A stretch of DNA of 56,064 nt from Bacillota bacterium (GTDB lineage Bacteria > Bacillota > Limnochordia > Darwinibacteriales > Darwinibacteriaceae): assembly GCA_012521465.1 (NCBI GenBank), contig JAAYMI010000109.1:1-56064 (forward strand), written 5' to 3'. Positions 28,487 to 38,624 of this stretch are shown here, one piece after another. The notes beneath the pieces were generated by a model. That model was given only the letters and a program-made list of their open reading frames with translations, did not search any database and had not been told where the DNA came from. The translations under genes and the position numbers were made by a program. How positions within the stretch are numbered: position 1 is the stretch's first letter; every line of letters begins with the position of its first letter.

Positions 28487-29086
28487 TCACGACAATTTAA
28501 AACCCGGCTCCCACTGGCCCTCCATGGCTGTGTTGCGCTTGACCATGCGGATGTGATCCTCCCAGCGACCATTAATGAACAGCAGCTTCTCACACAAGCC
28601 CTCTTGGTAAAATCCCAGCTTCTCTACTACTCGCAGGGATGCCTTATTCCTTGGCATGATATTAGCCTCCAAACGGTGCAGGCCCAAATCATCGAAGGCG
28701 TACTGCACAACCCGGTCTACGGCTTCTGTCATATAGCCGCGCCCGGTGAAGTCCTTGTCCATCCGGTAGCCCAAGAATCCCGCGAGCAGGCAGCCGCGCA
28801 CGATCTCAGTAACTGCCACCGACCCAATAACTGTCTGGAAGGCCGTGTCTTCCTTTTCAAAAATCCAAACCTTAAACACCTGTCCCGCAGACATCTTTAC
28901 CAAATCGAAGGCCAACTGCCGGCGGTGGTGTTCCAGCTGCTCATAGAAGGAGTTCGGCCGCGGCGGTTCCCAGGGTTCAAGGTGCTCGCGATTTCTGCGG
29001 AAGAACTCCAGCACTTGCGGAGCGAAGCTCTCATCAAGCGTACGCAGCCAGAGGCGTGCTGTTTCTAAGCAAACCTGGTAAGCCAT
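28487..29086 (-). CDS. GNAT family N-acetyltransferase (RimJ/RimL-like)
   Basis: It has a RGYMTEAV..V.YAF..L.LHRLEA acetyl-CoA-binding region. Confidence 0.7.
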   Translation of the reverse strand: MAYQVCLETARLWLRTLDESFAPQVLEFFRRNREHLEPWEPPRPNSFYEQLEHHRRQLAFDLVKMSAGQVFKVWIFEKEDTAFQTVIGSVAVTEIVRGCLLAGFLGYRMDKDFTGRGYMTEAVDRVVQYAFDDLGLHRLEANIMPRNKASLRVVEKLGFYQEGLCEKLLFINGRWEDHIRMVKRNTAMEGQWEPGFKLS

Positions 29087-29149
29087 AGTCTACCTCCCCT
29101 AAAGGATATACCAGATGTGGAGCGAACTACAGAGCAAGGAGGATGAGAC

Positions 29150-29758
29150 ATGATCACAAACATCGTATTTGACTTGGGACGAGTTCTAGTCAGCTTCGAG
29201 CCGCACGAACTAGTGCACAAACTCTTCACTGATCCCGATGAACGAGAAGTTCTGCACCGCATCGTCTTCCAAAGCCCCGAATGGTTAATGCTCGACCGCG
29301 GAGTAATAACCCAGGATCAGGCAGTAGAACGCCTATCCAACCAGCATCCCGATAGAGCCCCGCAGATCCGGATGATCCTGGACAACTGGCTGTCCATCCT
29401 TGCCCCTATTGAACCGTCTGTAGAGCTTGTCCGCCTTTTCAAAGAGCGGGAATTTGGGCTGTACGTGATCTCGAATTTCCACCGCGCCGCCTTTGATTAC
29501 ATCTCAGCGCGGTATGACTGGCTGCAGCTGTTTGACGGCTTGGTGATCAGCTGCGAAACCCACACCCTGAAACCAGAACCTGCCATCTACGAGACGCTGC
29601 TCCACACCTACAACCTCAATCCCAATGAGTGCCTGTTCATCGACGATACCCCTGCGAACATCGAAGGGGCGCGGCAGATGGGCATGCACACTCTCTTATA
29701 CGTTTCCCCAGATCAGCTCCGCCGTGATCTTGAGGCCCAGTATCAGCTTTTACCCTAA
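29150..29758 (+). CDS. HAD superfamily hydrolase
   Basis: The N-terminal motif is IVFDLGRVL (DxG variant), and FIDDTPANIEGA supplies motif IV. Confidence 0.7.
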   Translation: MITNIVFDLGRVLVSFEPHELVHKLFTDPDEREVLHRIVFQSPEWLMLDRGVITQDQAVERLSNQHPDRAPQIRMILDNWLSILAPIEPSVELVRLFKEREFGLYVISNFHRAAFDYISARYDWLQLFDGLVISCETHTLKPEPAIYETLLHTYNLNPNECLFIDDTPANIEGARQMGMHTLLYVSPDQLRRDLEAQYQLLP

Positions 29759-30951
29759 TCCTGGAAAGTATGCCGCCCGGACCGCGTTACGGTGCGGCTC
29801 TCTCCCGGAATCCACTGCCGAGCCAAACCCGCAGCTGCGAAGCCTAACAGCCCAATCAACACAAATCCGAAGCGCAGCCCCACAGCATCGCCCACCAACC
29901 CCATCACAACAGGGCCGAGGGTCATGCCCAGAGCATAAATCGACTGGTAGAAGCCCATGGCGGTGGCGCGGTATTCCGCTGCCACTTCTTTAATGGCCAA
30001 GCTCATCAAAACCGGCATGATTGTACCCCGCCCCACAGAACCCAGCGCTTGTGAGAGATACAGCGTACCCAAGCGTGTGGAAAGAGGAATGACCAGCACC
30101 GCTCCAGCAAAGAGCACAATGGAGCCCACAAGTATTGTCCGCTCCCCCAACCGGTCAGTGAGGGCTCCTATCCACAGGGAAATAACCGCCGCAGGCAGGG
30201 CGGAGATGAGGGCGAGAATGCTGAGATCTGTGCCGCTTGCCCCCAGCTGTACAGCATAACTCGGAGTAAAACCGTGCACCGAGGCGTAAGTCAGCGCTTG
30301 AAAGACAATACCCAAACCAGAAACCTTAAGCAGCTGTCGATCGGAACCAACCCGGGCCAAGTCCGCCAGATCGATTGAACGGGCAGAAGCCGCGGGGCTC
30401 TCCGCCACGGCCCCAGTCAGCAGCAAACTCAAAAAACCAGCAGCTGCGCCCACGAAAAACGGAGCTTTCCAGCCCAGCAGGTCAACCAACACACCCCCAA
30501 TGGTGGTGGCGAGGGTCTGTCCCATAGTGGTGAAAAACATCAGAAGCCCCATGGACCTCGCCGTCTGATCGGGGGGCAGGTAACTCGCAAACAGCACCGA
30601 AAAGGCCACCCAGGTTCCCGCGGCAAGTCCCGCTGTCCCCCGGAAGATCAAGGCAGCGGTGGGACCTGTCGCGATGCCCAAACCTAGGCTGCTCGCGGCG
30701 GCGAGGCACAGCCCCAGGATGACAAAGGGCTTGCGCCTTCCCAGGCGGTCAGAGGCAAAGCCAATGGGAATGCGCACCAACATCTGCGTAAACCCGTAAG
30801 AACCCACAACGAGGCCGGCCATGGAAAGGCTCCCCCCAAGGTGCTCCACATAGGGGGCGAGGATTGGAACATAGGTGTACATAGCGAACCAAAACAGAGT
30901 TGTTGCGGCGCAGAATGCATAAATGTGAGTACGGCGTGCTGCGTTTTCCAC
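29755..30951 (-). CDS. MFS transporter
   Basis: The profile is 12-TM with GFASDRLGRRKP in loop 2-3. I chose the GTG at 30951, which follows AAGGAG plus an 8-nt spacer. Confidence 0.75.
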   Translation of the reverse strand: MENAARRTHIYAFCAATTLFWFAMYTYVPILAPYVEHLGGSLSMAGLVVGSYGFTQMLVRIPIGFASDRLGRRKPFVILGLCLAAASSLGLGIATGPTAALIFRGTAGLAAGTWVAFSVLFASYLPPDQTARSMGLLMFFTTMGQTLATTIGGVLVDLLGWKAPFFVGAAAGFLSLLLTGAVAESPAASARSIDLADLARVGSDRQLLKVSGLGIVFQALTYASVHGFTPSYAVQLGASGTDLSILALISALPAAVISLWIGALTDRLGERTILVGSIVLFAGAVLVIPLSTRLGTLYLSQALGSVGRGTIMPVLMSLAIKEVAAEYRATAMGFYQSIYALGMTLGPVVMGLVGDAVGLRFGFVLIGLLGFAAAGLARQWIPGESRTVTRSGRHTFQD

Positions 30952-30979
30952 AAAAATATCTCCTTTCTCAGCCGGCTTG

Positions 30980-30988
30980 TGGTATAAT
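30980..30988 (+). promoter_or_regulatory. extended -10 element TGGTATAAT, candidate his operon promoter
   Basis: It is an exact TGnTATAAT, 46 nt upstream of the GTG at 31034. It lies inside the track ORF's upstream extension, which argues against the 30977 start. Confidence 0.45.
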
Positions 30989-31033
30989 GGAGGGAAATAC
31001 ATCTGTCAATTTTGTAACAAAGGACTGATTGCC

Positions 31034-32050
31034 GTGGAGCGCCTCAGCAGGCTTGTGCCCAATGGGGTGAAGGATCTCTCTCACCAAGACCTTGAGTACA
31101 AGCAGCAGATTCTCGGCGAGATTGCGCAACTGTTCAGAGACCGGGGATATCGTCAGGTGCAGACCCCCATCTTTGAGTACTACGATCTGTTCAAAGAGCT
31201 GAAAGGCACTTTAGAAATGGATCGCATGATCAAGGTTATCGACACTGATGGCAAAGTCTTGGTCCTGCGCCCCGATGCCACCATTCCCATTGCCAGAATG
31301 GCCGCTTCCCAGGGAGCTGATCCCGATCAGCTTCGGCGTTTTTCCTATGTGACCAGCATCTTTCGCATGACCGATGACCCGCACAACGTTCAGTCTCGGG
31401 AGTTTACACAGGCAGGCGTAGAGCTGTTTGGGGGAAACACCCCCAGTGCCGATGTGGAAGTGATTTCTCTGGCCATTGCCTGCCTCCAAAGGGCAGGCAT
31501 CACCCAATTCACATTCGACCTCGGACAAGCTAATTTCTTCAAGGCTTTGATCCAAGAAACCTCCTTGGCCGACGATGAATTAGTGCATTTGCAGCGGTTG
31601 ATCGAACAGAAGAACTTTGCTGACCTGAAGCGCCTAGTAGAGACCCTAGCCATCAGGGGAGAAGTGAAACAGGCGCTGCGCACGGTGCCAAGGCTGTACG
31701 GGCCCCCGGAGGCGGTCCTTGAACAGGCCAATAGGATTGTGCTCAACTCAGAAATGGCGGCCGGAATCAGTGAGCTCAGCGAAGTGTATACTGCCCTCTG
31801 CCAGGCTGGCTTAAGCCAGTATATTACCCTTGATTTGGGACTGATCAATGACCTCAAGTACTATACAGGCATTCTTTTCCAAGGCTATGTCCACAGCTGC
31901 GGCAGACCGATTGTACTGGGCGGACGCTATGACGACTTGAGCAGGCAATTTGGCTGTGATTCGAAAGCCACAGGCTTCGCCATTTACATAGACGACCTGA
32001 TTGCTGCGGCGAAAAATCTGGAGAGGCAGAACGGCCATGGAATACGTTGA
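31034..32050 (+). CDS. hisZ: ATP phosphoribosyltransferase regulatory subunit (HisRS-like)
   Basis: It has a class II aaRS-like core (LRPDATIPIAR, FRYVTSIFR-like) with no anticodon domain and directly precedes a short hisG. The start is uncertain. Confidence 0.8.
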   Translation: MERLSRLVPNGVKDLSHQDLEYKQQILGEIAQLFRDRGYRQVQTPIFEYYDLFKELKGTLEMDRMIKVIDTDGKVLVLRPDATIPIARMAASQGADPDQLRRFSYVTSIFRMTDDPHNVQSREFTQAGVELFGGNTPSADVEVISLAIACLQRAGITQFTFDLGQANFFKALIQETSLADDELVHLQRLIEQKNFADLKRLVETLAIRGEVKQALRTVPRLYGPPEAVLEQANRIVLNSEMAAGISELSEVYTALCQAGLSQYITLDLGLINDLKYYTGILFQGYVHSCGRPIVLGGRYDDLSRQFGCDSKATGFAIYIDDLIAAAKNLERQNGHGIR

Positions 32051-32678
32051 ACTCGCTTTAGCCAAAGGGCGGCTGGTTGACAGCACCCTCGAACTGTTTG
32101 CCGAAATTGGGCTGGTTTTTCCTGGTTACTCCAAGCGCAGCCGCAAGCTTGTGTTTACCAATGATGAGTGGCGGGTGCGCCTAGTCTTGGTGAAGTCGGC
32201 AGATGTACCCACCTACGTAGAGCGGGGTGCTGTGGATATGGGGATCGTTGGTAAAGACATGCTTCTGGAAAGCGGAGCCCTCGTATACGAGTTAGTTGAT
32301 CTAGGCTTTGGTTCCTGCAAGATGGTAGTAGCGAGCAAGAATGAAGCTTACCGGCGGAAAGTCAAACCTGTTGTGGCCACCAAGTACCCTGCCATCGCCC
32401 AGACCTATTTTCGGGAGCAGGGCAGGCCCATTGAAACCATTACCCTCCATGGTTCAGTGGAGCTCGCCCCATTAATTGGACTGTCCGACTGCATCGTCGA
32501 CATTGTGGAAACGGGAACCACCTTAAGGGAGAACGGCCTGCACGTGACTGAAGAAATTGCGGATCTCAGTGCAAGACTTGTGGTCAACCGGGCCAGTTTC
32601 AAGACGAAATTCGAGCGCCTCAGCTGTTTTATTGATCAGGTCCAGGCAGCTGTGGACAGCAGGGAGGCACGCCTGTGA
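32037..32678 (+). CDS. hisG: ATP phosphoribosyltransferase, short form
   Basis: The N-terminus reads LALAKGRL, followed by VDIVETGTTLRENGL. At about 213 aa it lacks the C-terminal regulatory domain, consistent with the presence of hisZ. Confidence 0.9.
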   Translation: MEYVELALAKGRLVDSTLELFAEIGLVFPGYSKRSRKLVFTNDEWRVRLVLVKSADVPTYVERGAVDMGIVGKDMLLESGALVYELVDLGFGSCKMVVASKNEAYRRKVKPVVATKYPAIAQTYFREQGRPIETITLHGSVELAPLIGLSDCIVDIVETGTTLRENGLHVTEEIADLSARLVVNRASFKTKFERLSCFIDQVQAAVDSREARL

Positions 32679-33967
32679 TTCCCATTACGCGAGTTACAGA
32701 AGATTATGCTGAGATTGTGCAAGCAAAGCTGGCCCGCACCACTGAATCCTTTGCGGAAGTGGACCGCGTGGTGCAGGGCATTATGGAAGATGTGAAAAAG
32801 CGCGGTGACGAAGCTCTCCGGTACTACACGGCGAAGTTCGATGGCGTCGATCTGGACAGCATGGAAGTAAGCGCCGCGGAGATCCAAGAAGCCTTGGATG
32901 CCCTCGACCCGGAGCTGAAAGCAATCATGCTGGAGGCCAGGGAAAATATCGCAGCTTACCACCGGGAGCAGAAAGAAAAATCCTGGCTGGTGGAAAAGGG
33001 GCCCGGCATCATCTTAGGACAGAAGCTGACACCCCTACACCGGGTCGGAGTATATGTACCCGGCGGCAAAGCCGCCTATCCTTCCACTGTGCTGATGACC
33101 GTCGTACCTGCGGTCATCGCGGGCGTGGAAGAGATTATTGTTGCATCACCGCCAGATCGCCAGGGCAAGGTGGATCAGACAACTCTTGCCGCAGCAGCCA
33201 TCGCCGGATGCACAAAGGTGTACAAGGTAGGGGGAGCTCAAGCCATTGCCGCTCTCACCTACGGCACCGCCACCATACCCCCGGTGGATAAAATCGTTGG
33301 CCCAGGCAACATCTATGTGACCAGGGCTAAAAGATACGCCCACGGCATAGTGGACACCGATATGCAAGCCGGGCCCAGCGAGATCTGCATTGTGGCTGAT
33401 GCAACCGCCTCAGCGCCGCTGGTGGCCGCTGATCTCTTGTCCCAAGCGGAACACGACGAGCTGGCAGCGGCAGTGCTCATTACTACTTCTGAGAGCCTTG
33501 CCCAAGCTGTGCAGAGAGAACTGCAGGTGCAGCTGGAAACTCTCCCTCGGGCAGCGATCGCCAAGCAGTCCCTGGCAAGATTTGGAAACATCTTCCTGGT
33601 AGAGACCATCGCGGCCGCGCTGGATCTAGCCAATGCTGTGGCCCCGGAACACCTCGAACTCTTGGTTGATGAGCCGTTTGAAACACTTCCCTTGGTGAAA
33701 AATGCCGGCGCCATCTTTTTAGGCAGCTATGCACCAGAACCCCTAGGAGACTACTTTGCCGGTCCCAACCATACACTACCCACCAGCGGGACGGCACGGT
33801 TTTCCTCGCCTTTGGGTACATACGATTTCGTGAAAAAGTCCAGCATCATCTACTACAACCGCGCAGAACTGGCCAAGGTAAAGGATAAAATCATTAAGTT
33901 TGCCGAAGCAGAAGGGCTCCACGCCCACGCGAATGCGTTGCGGATTAGATTTGAGCATCAGGAATAA
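32675..33967 (+). CDS. hisD: histidinol dehydrogenase
   Basis: It has GGAQAIAALTYGT, SQAEHD and APEHLEL motifs. Confidence 0.95.
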   Translation: MIPITRVTEDYAEIVQAKLARTTESFAEVDRVVQGIMEDVKKRGDEALRYYTAKFDGVDLDSMEVSAAEIQEALDALDPELKAIMLEARENIAAYHREQKEKSWLVEKGPGIILGQKLTPLHRVGVYVPGGKAAYPSTVLMTVVPAVIAGVEEIIVASPPDRQGKVDQTTLAAAAIAGCTKVYKVGGAQAIAALTYGTATIPPVDKIVGPGNIYVTRAKRYAHGIVDTDMQAGPSEICIVADATASAPLVAADLLSQAEHDELAAAVLITTSESLAQAVQRELQVQLETLPRAAIAKQSLARFGNIFLVETIAAALDLANAVAPEHLELLVDEPFETLPLVKNAGAIFLGSYAPEPLGDYFAGPNHTLPTSGTARFSSPLGTYDFVKKSSIIYYNRAELAKVKDKIIKFAEAEGLHAHANALRIRFEHQE

Positions 33968-33976
33968 GGTGAGACT

Positions 33977-34561
33977 ATGCGCACAGCACAGATTCAGCGC
34001 AAGACAGCAGAAACTCAGGTTGAGGTCAGCCTAACCCTCGACGGTACGGGCAGTGCCGAAATTGCAACGGGTGTTGGGTTCTTCGATCATATGCTGCGGC
34101 AGGTCGCCCGCCACGGTTTATTTGACCTTACGATCCACTGCACCGGCGATCTGGAAGTAGATGCCCACCATACGGTTGAGGATGTGGGAATCACCTTAGG
34201 TCAGGCATTCCGGGCTGCCCTTGGGGATATGGCAGGTACAGTGCGCTACGGTTCAGCCATCACTCCGATGGATGACGCCCTGTCCCTCGTAGCCATCGAT
34301 TTCAGCGGCCGCCCGTACTTGGGCTTTGCTGTATCCATCCCCGCCGTGCAGCTGGGCAGCTTCGAGACGGAACTGGTGGAAGAGTTCTTCCGGGCGTTTG
34401 CCAACCATGCCCAGGCAGCGCTGCACGTGCGGCTCTTGGCTGGCACCAATTCGCACCACATTATCGAGTCGGTCTTTAAGGGTTTTGGACGGGCCATGGA
34501 TCAAGCCACAGGCCGCGACGGCCGCTTGACCGGTATCCGCTCCACCAAAGAAATACTCTAA
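33977..34561 (+). CDS. hisB: imidazoleglycerol-phosphate dehydratase
   Basis: It has TGVGFFDHML and HHTVEDVGI motifs, and SHHIIES. The length is 194 aa (monofunctional). Confidence 0.95.
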   Translation: MRTAQIQRKTAETQVEVSLTLDGTGSAEIATGVGFFDHMLRQVARHGLFDLTIHCTGDLEVDAHHTVEDVGITLGQAFRAALGDMAGTVRYGSAITPMDDALSLVAIDFSGRPYLGFAVSIPAVQLGSFETELVEEFFRAFANHAQAALHVRLLAGTNSHHIIESVFKGFGRAMDQATGRDGRLTGIRSTKEIL

Positions 34562-34578
34562 AAAGGGTCTGAGGCATT

Positions 34579-35289
34579 ATGATTATCTTCCCAGCAATCG
34601 ATATCCGCGCGGGACGCTGCGTGCGCCTCCTGCAGGGTGACTACGGTCTCGAGAGCGTCTATGGCAATCCTGTACACATGGCAGAAAAATGGGCTGCGGC
34701 CGGTGCTGAGTACCTCCACATTGTGGATCTCGATGGGGCCAGAGTGGGCGGCAGTCAAAACCTATCTGTTGTGCAGGAGATTCTGGCGCGGGTAGAAATC
34801 CCAGTGCAGATGGGGGGAGGCATCCGCTCCCTGCCGACGCTAGAAACAGTGCTCGAAACAGGGGTCTCCCGTGCCATTTTGGGCAGCGCGGCTTTTAAGG
34901 ATCCGCGCTTTTTGGAAGAGGCGGTAGAGCGCTACCCGGACCAAATTGCCGTATCCGTCGATTCGCGCCGCGGCTGGCTGGCCACTGACGGTTGGACAAG
35001 GACCACATTCCAAGACGCCCTTGAATTTGTCCACGAACTCGAGGATCTTGGTGTACGTACCATAATATATACGGACATAGCCCGCGACGGCATGCTCGCA
35101 GGGCCAAACCTTGAAGACCTGCAGCGGATCAACGAGGCGGTGGAGATGAATGTGATCGCCGCGGGCGGAGTGTCCAGCATTGCCGATCTGAAAGCGCTTA
35201 AAGATTTGGGCTTGTACGGCGCAATCATCGGAAAAGCCCTTTATACAGGCGATATTCAACTGGAGACTGCCATAAAGGAAGTGGAATGA
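34579..35289 (+). CDS. hisA: ProFAR isomerase
   Basis: It has IIFPAIDIRAGRCVRL and a C-terminal GAIIGKALY. Confidence 0.9.
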   Translation: MIIFPAIDIRAGRCVRLLQGDYGLESVYGNPVHMAEKWAAAGAEYLHIVDLDGARVGGSQNLSVVQEILARVEIPVQMGGGIRSLPTLETVLETGVSRAILGSAAFKDPRFLEEAVERYPDQIAVSVDSRRGWLATDGWTRTTFQDALEFVHELEDLGVRTIIYTDIARDGMLAGPNLEDLQRINEAVEMNVIAAGGVSSIADLKALKDLGLYGAIIGKALYTGDIQLETAIKEVE

Positions 35290-36045
35290 ATGACGAAGCG
35301 GATTATCCCCTGTTTAGATGTGAAAGACGGCAGAGTAGTCAAAGGTGCAAAGTTCCAGAATCTGGTGGATGTCAGCGACCCTATTAGGCTGGCCCAAACC
35401 TACAGCGAGCACGGCGCTGATGAACTGGTGATGTATGATATCACGGCATCCAGTGAGGGGCGCAGAATCGCGGTAGAGTTGGTGGAAAAGATTGCCCGGC
35501 AGGTAACGATCCCGTTTATCGTGGGGGGTGGAATCCGCTCTCTCGAAGATATCCGCCAGGTGTTCCAGGCAGGCGCAGATAAAGTCTCCATTACCAGCGC
35601 CGCCGTCCAGAATCCTCAACTCATTCAGGAAGCTGCAGAGGAGCTCGGCAGCAGCCGCATCATCGCCGCCATTGACGCCCAAGAGGTGGCCGGCAGCTGG
35701 CATGTGTTCACCCACGGAGGCCGGGTCGACACGGGCCGCGATGCCGTGGAGTGGGCGCAGGAACTGGAAAGTTTAGGCGCGGGAGAAATTGTGCTCAATT
35801 CGATCGACACTGATGGTGTCCGGCAGGGATACAGCATCGACCTCACCCGCCAAGTGGCAGAAGCTGTCCGCATCCCCGTGATCGCCTCTGGGGGAGCAGG
35901 TTCCATGGAACACTTCTACGAAGTCCTGACAGCGGGTCGGGCGGACGCGGCCTTGGCCGCATCAGTTTTTCACTTCGGAGTGATCGATATCCGCGAACTG
36001 AAAGAGTACTTGGAGAACCGGGGCGTTCCCGTAAGGAGAATGTGA
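35290..36045 (+). CDS. hisF: imidazole glycerol phosphate synthase cyclase subunit
   Basis: It has [16 protein letters not shown] and ASVFHF motifs. Confidence 0.95.
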   Translation: MTKRIIPCLDVKDGRVVKGAKFQNLVDVSDPIRLAQTYSEHGADELVMYDITASSEGRRIAVELVEKIARQVTIPFIVGGGIRSLEDIRQVFQAGADKVSITSAAVQNPQLIQEAAEELGSSRIIAAIDAQEVAGSWHVFTHGGRVDTGRDAVEWAQELESLGAGEIVLNSIDTDGVRQGYSIDLTRQVAEAVRIPVIASGGAGSMEHFYEVLTAGRADAALAASVFHFGVIDIRELKEYLENRGVPVRRM

Positions 36046-36692
36046 GGATGGAAGTCAAGCTGCAGGATCTCAAATTCGACGCCCTGGGCCTAATCCCCGC
36101 TGTGGTCCAGGACTGGCGCACTGGTGCCGTACTGATGCTGGCTTACATGAACCAGGACTCATTGCTCCGCACCTTGTCTACAGGCGAAACCTGGTTCTTC
36201 AGCCGCAGCCGCCAAACACTCTGGCATAAAGGAGAAACATCAGGCCACATTCAGCGGGTGAAGGCAATCACGTATGACTGCGACGGCGACGCACTTCTAG
36301 TGGAAGTTGAGCAGTTAGGGCCTGCCTGCCACACAGGCGAGCAGAGCTGCTTTCACAACTCTCTCCACACCGCCGCGGGCTATGCGCGCGCAGAGCGCAC
36401 AATCATACATTTCCTCTACGACTTAGTTAGGGACCGCCGGGAAAACCCCGTGGATGGCTCGTACACGAACTACCTCTTCCGGCAGGGCATCGATAAGATA
36501 TTGAAAAAGCTGGGGGAAGAATCTGCCGAAGTGATTATTGCAGCCAAGAACCCGGATGCCGGTGAACTCATTTACGAGCTGGCAGATCTGATCTACCACT
36601 CCCTTGTGCTGATGGTAGAGCGGGATATCACTATTGCTGATCTGAAGGCAGAACTTGTGAGCAGGCACACAAAGGATGAGGAACGTGAGTAA
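36042..36692 (+). CDS. hisI: bifunctional phosphoribosyl-AMP cyclohydrolase / phosphoribosyl-ATP pyrophosphatase
   Basis: The HisI part has GLIPAVVQD ... [16 protein letters not shown] ... CDGDALL. The HisE part has [21 protein letters not shown]. Confidence 0.9.
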   Translation: MRMEVKLQDLKFDALGLIPAVVQDWRTGAVLMLAYMNQDSLLRTLSTGETWFFSRSRQTLWHKGETSGHIQRVKAITYDCDGDALLVEVEQLGPACHTGEQSCFHNSLHTAAGYARAERTIIHFLYDLVRDRRENPVDGSYTNYLFRQGIDKILKKLGEESAEVIIAAKNPDAGELIYELADLIYHSLVLMVERDITIADLKAELVSRHTKDEERE

Positions 36693-37752
36693 GTACTGGA
36701 GTGCAGCGGCGAAGGAAGCGAAGCCTTATGTTCCCGGCGATCAGCCTGCTGGTGCCATCATTAAGCTGAACACAAATGAGAATCCCTATCCCCCCTCACC
36801 CAAGGTGCTGGCTGCGCTGCGGGAGGCGATCGGTCCCCAGCTGCGCCTCTATCCCAGTCCAACCGCAGATGGGGTGCGGGCTGCCGCGGCTGAGCTGTAC
36901 GGCTTATCGCCGGAAGAAGTGTTTGTGGGCAACGGCTCCGATGAAGTTCTGGCCTTTGCTTTTCAGGCCTTTTTCCATCAAGATCGGCCCATCAGGTTCC
37001 CTGATATCACTTATAGTTTCTATCCGGTATACGCCCAGCTCTACCAGATCCCTGTGAACCAAGTGCCTGTGGAAGCAGATTTTTCCATCAACCCAGAAGC
37101 TTATTTTGATTCCCCAGGCGGAGTGATCTTTCCCAATCCCAATGCCCCCACTGGGCTCCTGCTCTCCCTCGGCGAGATAGAAGCCACTGTCGCGCGCAAC
37201 CAAGAGGCCGCAGTGATCATCGATGAAGCCTACATCGCATTCGGCGGAGAAAGCGCCGCCCCGCTGGTGCGGAAGTATCCCAACCTCCTGGTTATCCAGA
37301 CTCTCTCAAAAGCGTACGCCTTGGCTGGGATGCGCATCGGCTTGGCCTTCGGAAACCCAGAACTGATCGAGGGGCTGAACCGCATCAAAGGGTCCTTTAA
37401 CTCCTATACGATGGACCGCCTCGCCCTGATCGCGGCCGAGGCCGCACTGAAAGATGTGGACTACTGCCGCGAGATCTGCCGGAAAATCAGGCATACCCGC
37501 AACGAGGCCATGGATCGCCTTAGGGAACTGGGGTTCACCGGGACTGATTCAAAAGCCAATTTCCTGTTTGTCACCCATGCCCAGATTCCCGCGGAGCGGA
37601 TCTACACGCAGCTAAAAGAGCGGGGTATCTTCGTGCGCTATTTCCCCGCTCCTCGCATTGCCAACTATCTGCGGATCACCATCGGCACTCCTGCAGAAAT
37701 GGAGCGCCTGATTGCCGCGCTCTCTACCATTGTGGAAAGCTATACTGCTTAG
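36676..37752 (+). CDS. hisC: histidinol-phosphate aminotransferase
   Basis: It has [12 protein letters not shown] and the PLP lysine context [13 protein letters not shown]. Confidence 0.9.
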   Translation: MRNVSKYWSAAAKEAKPYVPGDQPAGAIIKLNTNENPYPPSPKVLAALREAIGPQLRLYPSPTADGVRAAAAELYGLSPEEVFVGNGSDEVLAFAFQAFFHQDRPIRFPDITYSFYPVYAQLYQIPVNQVPVEADFSINPEAYFDSPGGVIFPNPNAPTGLLLSLGEIEATVARNQEAAVIIDEAYIAFGGESAAPLVRKYPNLLVIQTLSKAYALAGMRIGLAFGNPELIEGLNRIKGSFNSYTMDRLALIAAEAALKDVDYCREICRKIRHTRNEAMDRLRELGFTGTDSKANFLFVTHAQIPAERIYTQLKERGIFVRYFPAPRIANYLRITIGTPAEMERLIAALSTIVESYTA

Positions 37753-38624
37753 AACTGATCCCACGGGGCGCTGCTCCAGGAGACCAGCTCAATCCCTTCT
37801 TCTTCTAATACCTTGGGCAGATCGTCATCTAGGAGGAACTCAAACTCCCAGATGCGCTTCTGCCACTCGGGAAATACCGCGGCGATGGCTTCGTTCTGGT
37901 AGCTGGGATGCAGGAAAATCTCCGTGATGCCTTCGCCGATCTCCCTGATGTTCCTTAGGTAAAACTCCTTCAATGGCTCGTATCCGCCCAGCTCGCTGGC
38001 GCGATGCGGGCTGGTAAACATACTGGTGAGCAGAGGAACCCCTATGACCTCAGCGGCGGCCACCGCCTGGCGGTGCAGCTTCGCGATGGACTCAGGTACA
38101 GCTCCCTGGAACACAGCCTTTAGGTAATTCTCAGATTTGGGCAGCCGAAAGGGCAGTCTGTGCTCAGCACAGAGCCGGAACACCTGAGGGAGAAAAGAGC
38201 GGCCGCCCAAACCGTATACAGTGCCCACGTGGCTGTCCACATGGTCCACCGTCACCCCCCGCTGCGTCAGAAACGCAAACTGTGCCCTAATCTCCACTTC
38301 CACTTCCCCATCATCTGCGTGTTGGTACAGATCCTGAGGTGCGTGGTAGAAATGCCCCTCGCTATCGAGGAGTGAGCGAACCTGATCAGCCGGAGCCGTA
38401 CTGGACCACGGCATGGTGGGAAAATCGCTGGTGAGGGTAATGTGCATCCCCACGGAAAACCCATTATCCTGGGCAAGCTGGGCCGCCTCCTCCGCTTCCG
38501 GGCAGGGTGCCATGAGGGTAGTAGAAGTCAGCCGCCCTTCCCTTAGGAGCTTGACTATGGCGGCGTTCGTTTCGCGGCACATCCCAAAATCATCAGCGTT
38601 AATGATGAGGTACCGGCCTGCCAT
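37749..38624 (-). CDS. ChbG/YdjC family carbohydrate deacetylase
   Basis: It has the LIINADDFGM N-terminal motif and GMHITLT. I chose the ATG at 38624, which follows an AGGAGG. Confidence 0.75.
   Translation of the reverse strand: MAGRYLIINADDFGMCRETNAAIVKLLREGRLTSTTLMAPCPEAEEAAQLAQDNGFSVGMHITLTSDFPTMPWSSTAPADQVRSLLDSEGHFYHAPQDLYQHADDGEVEVEIRAQFAFLTQRGVTVDHVDSHVGTVYGLGGRSFLPQVFRLCAEHRLPFRLPKSENYLKAVFQGAVPESIAKLHRQAVAAAEVIGVPLLTSMFTSPHRASELGGYEPLKEFYLRNIREIGEGITEIFLHPSYQNEAIAAVFPEWQKRIWEFEFLLDDDLPKVLEEEGIELVSWSSAPWDQF

Noticed and set aside
30952-31033. A T-box or leader-peptide attenuator upstream of the his operon.
   Set aside because: - The divergent gap is only about 82 bp.
- It is largely occupied by an extended -10 promoter and the two RBSs, which is too short for a T-box.
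- There is no His-codon-rich leader ORF.
30977-31033. The track start (TTG at 30977) for hisZ.
   Set aside because: - The extension encodes MWYNGGKYICQFCNKGLIA, which is unlike HisZ N-termini.
- It contains the TGGTATAAT promoter element.
- I preferred the GTG at 31034, although the start remains uncertain.
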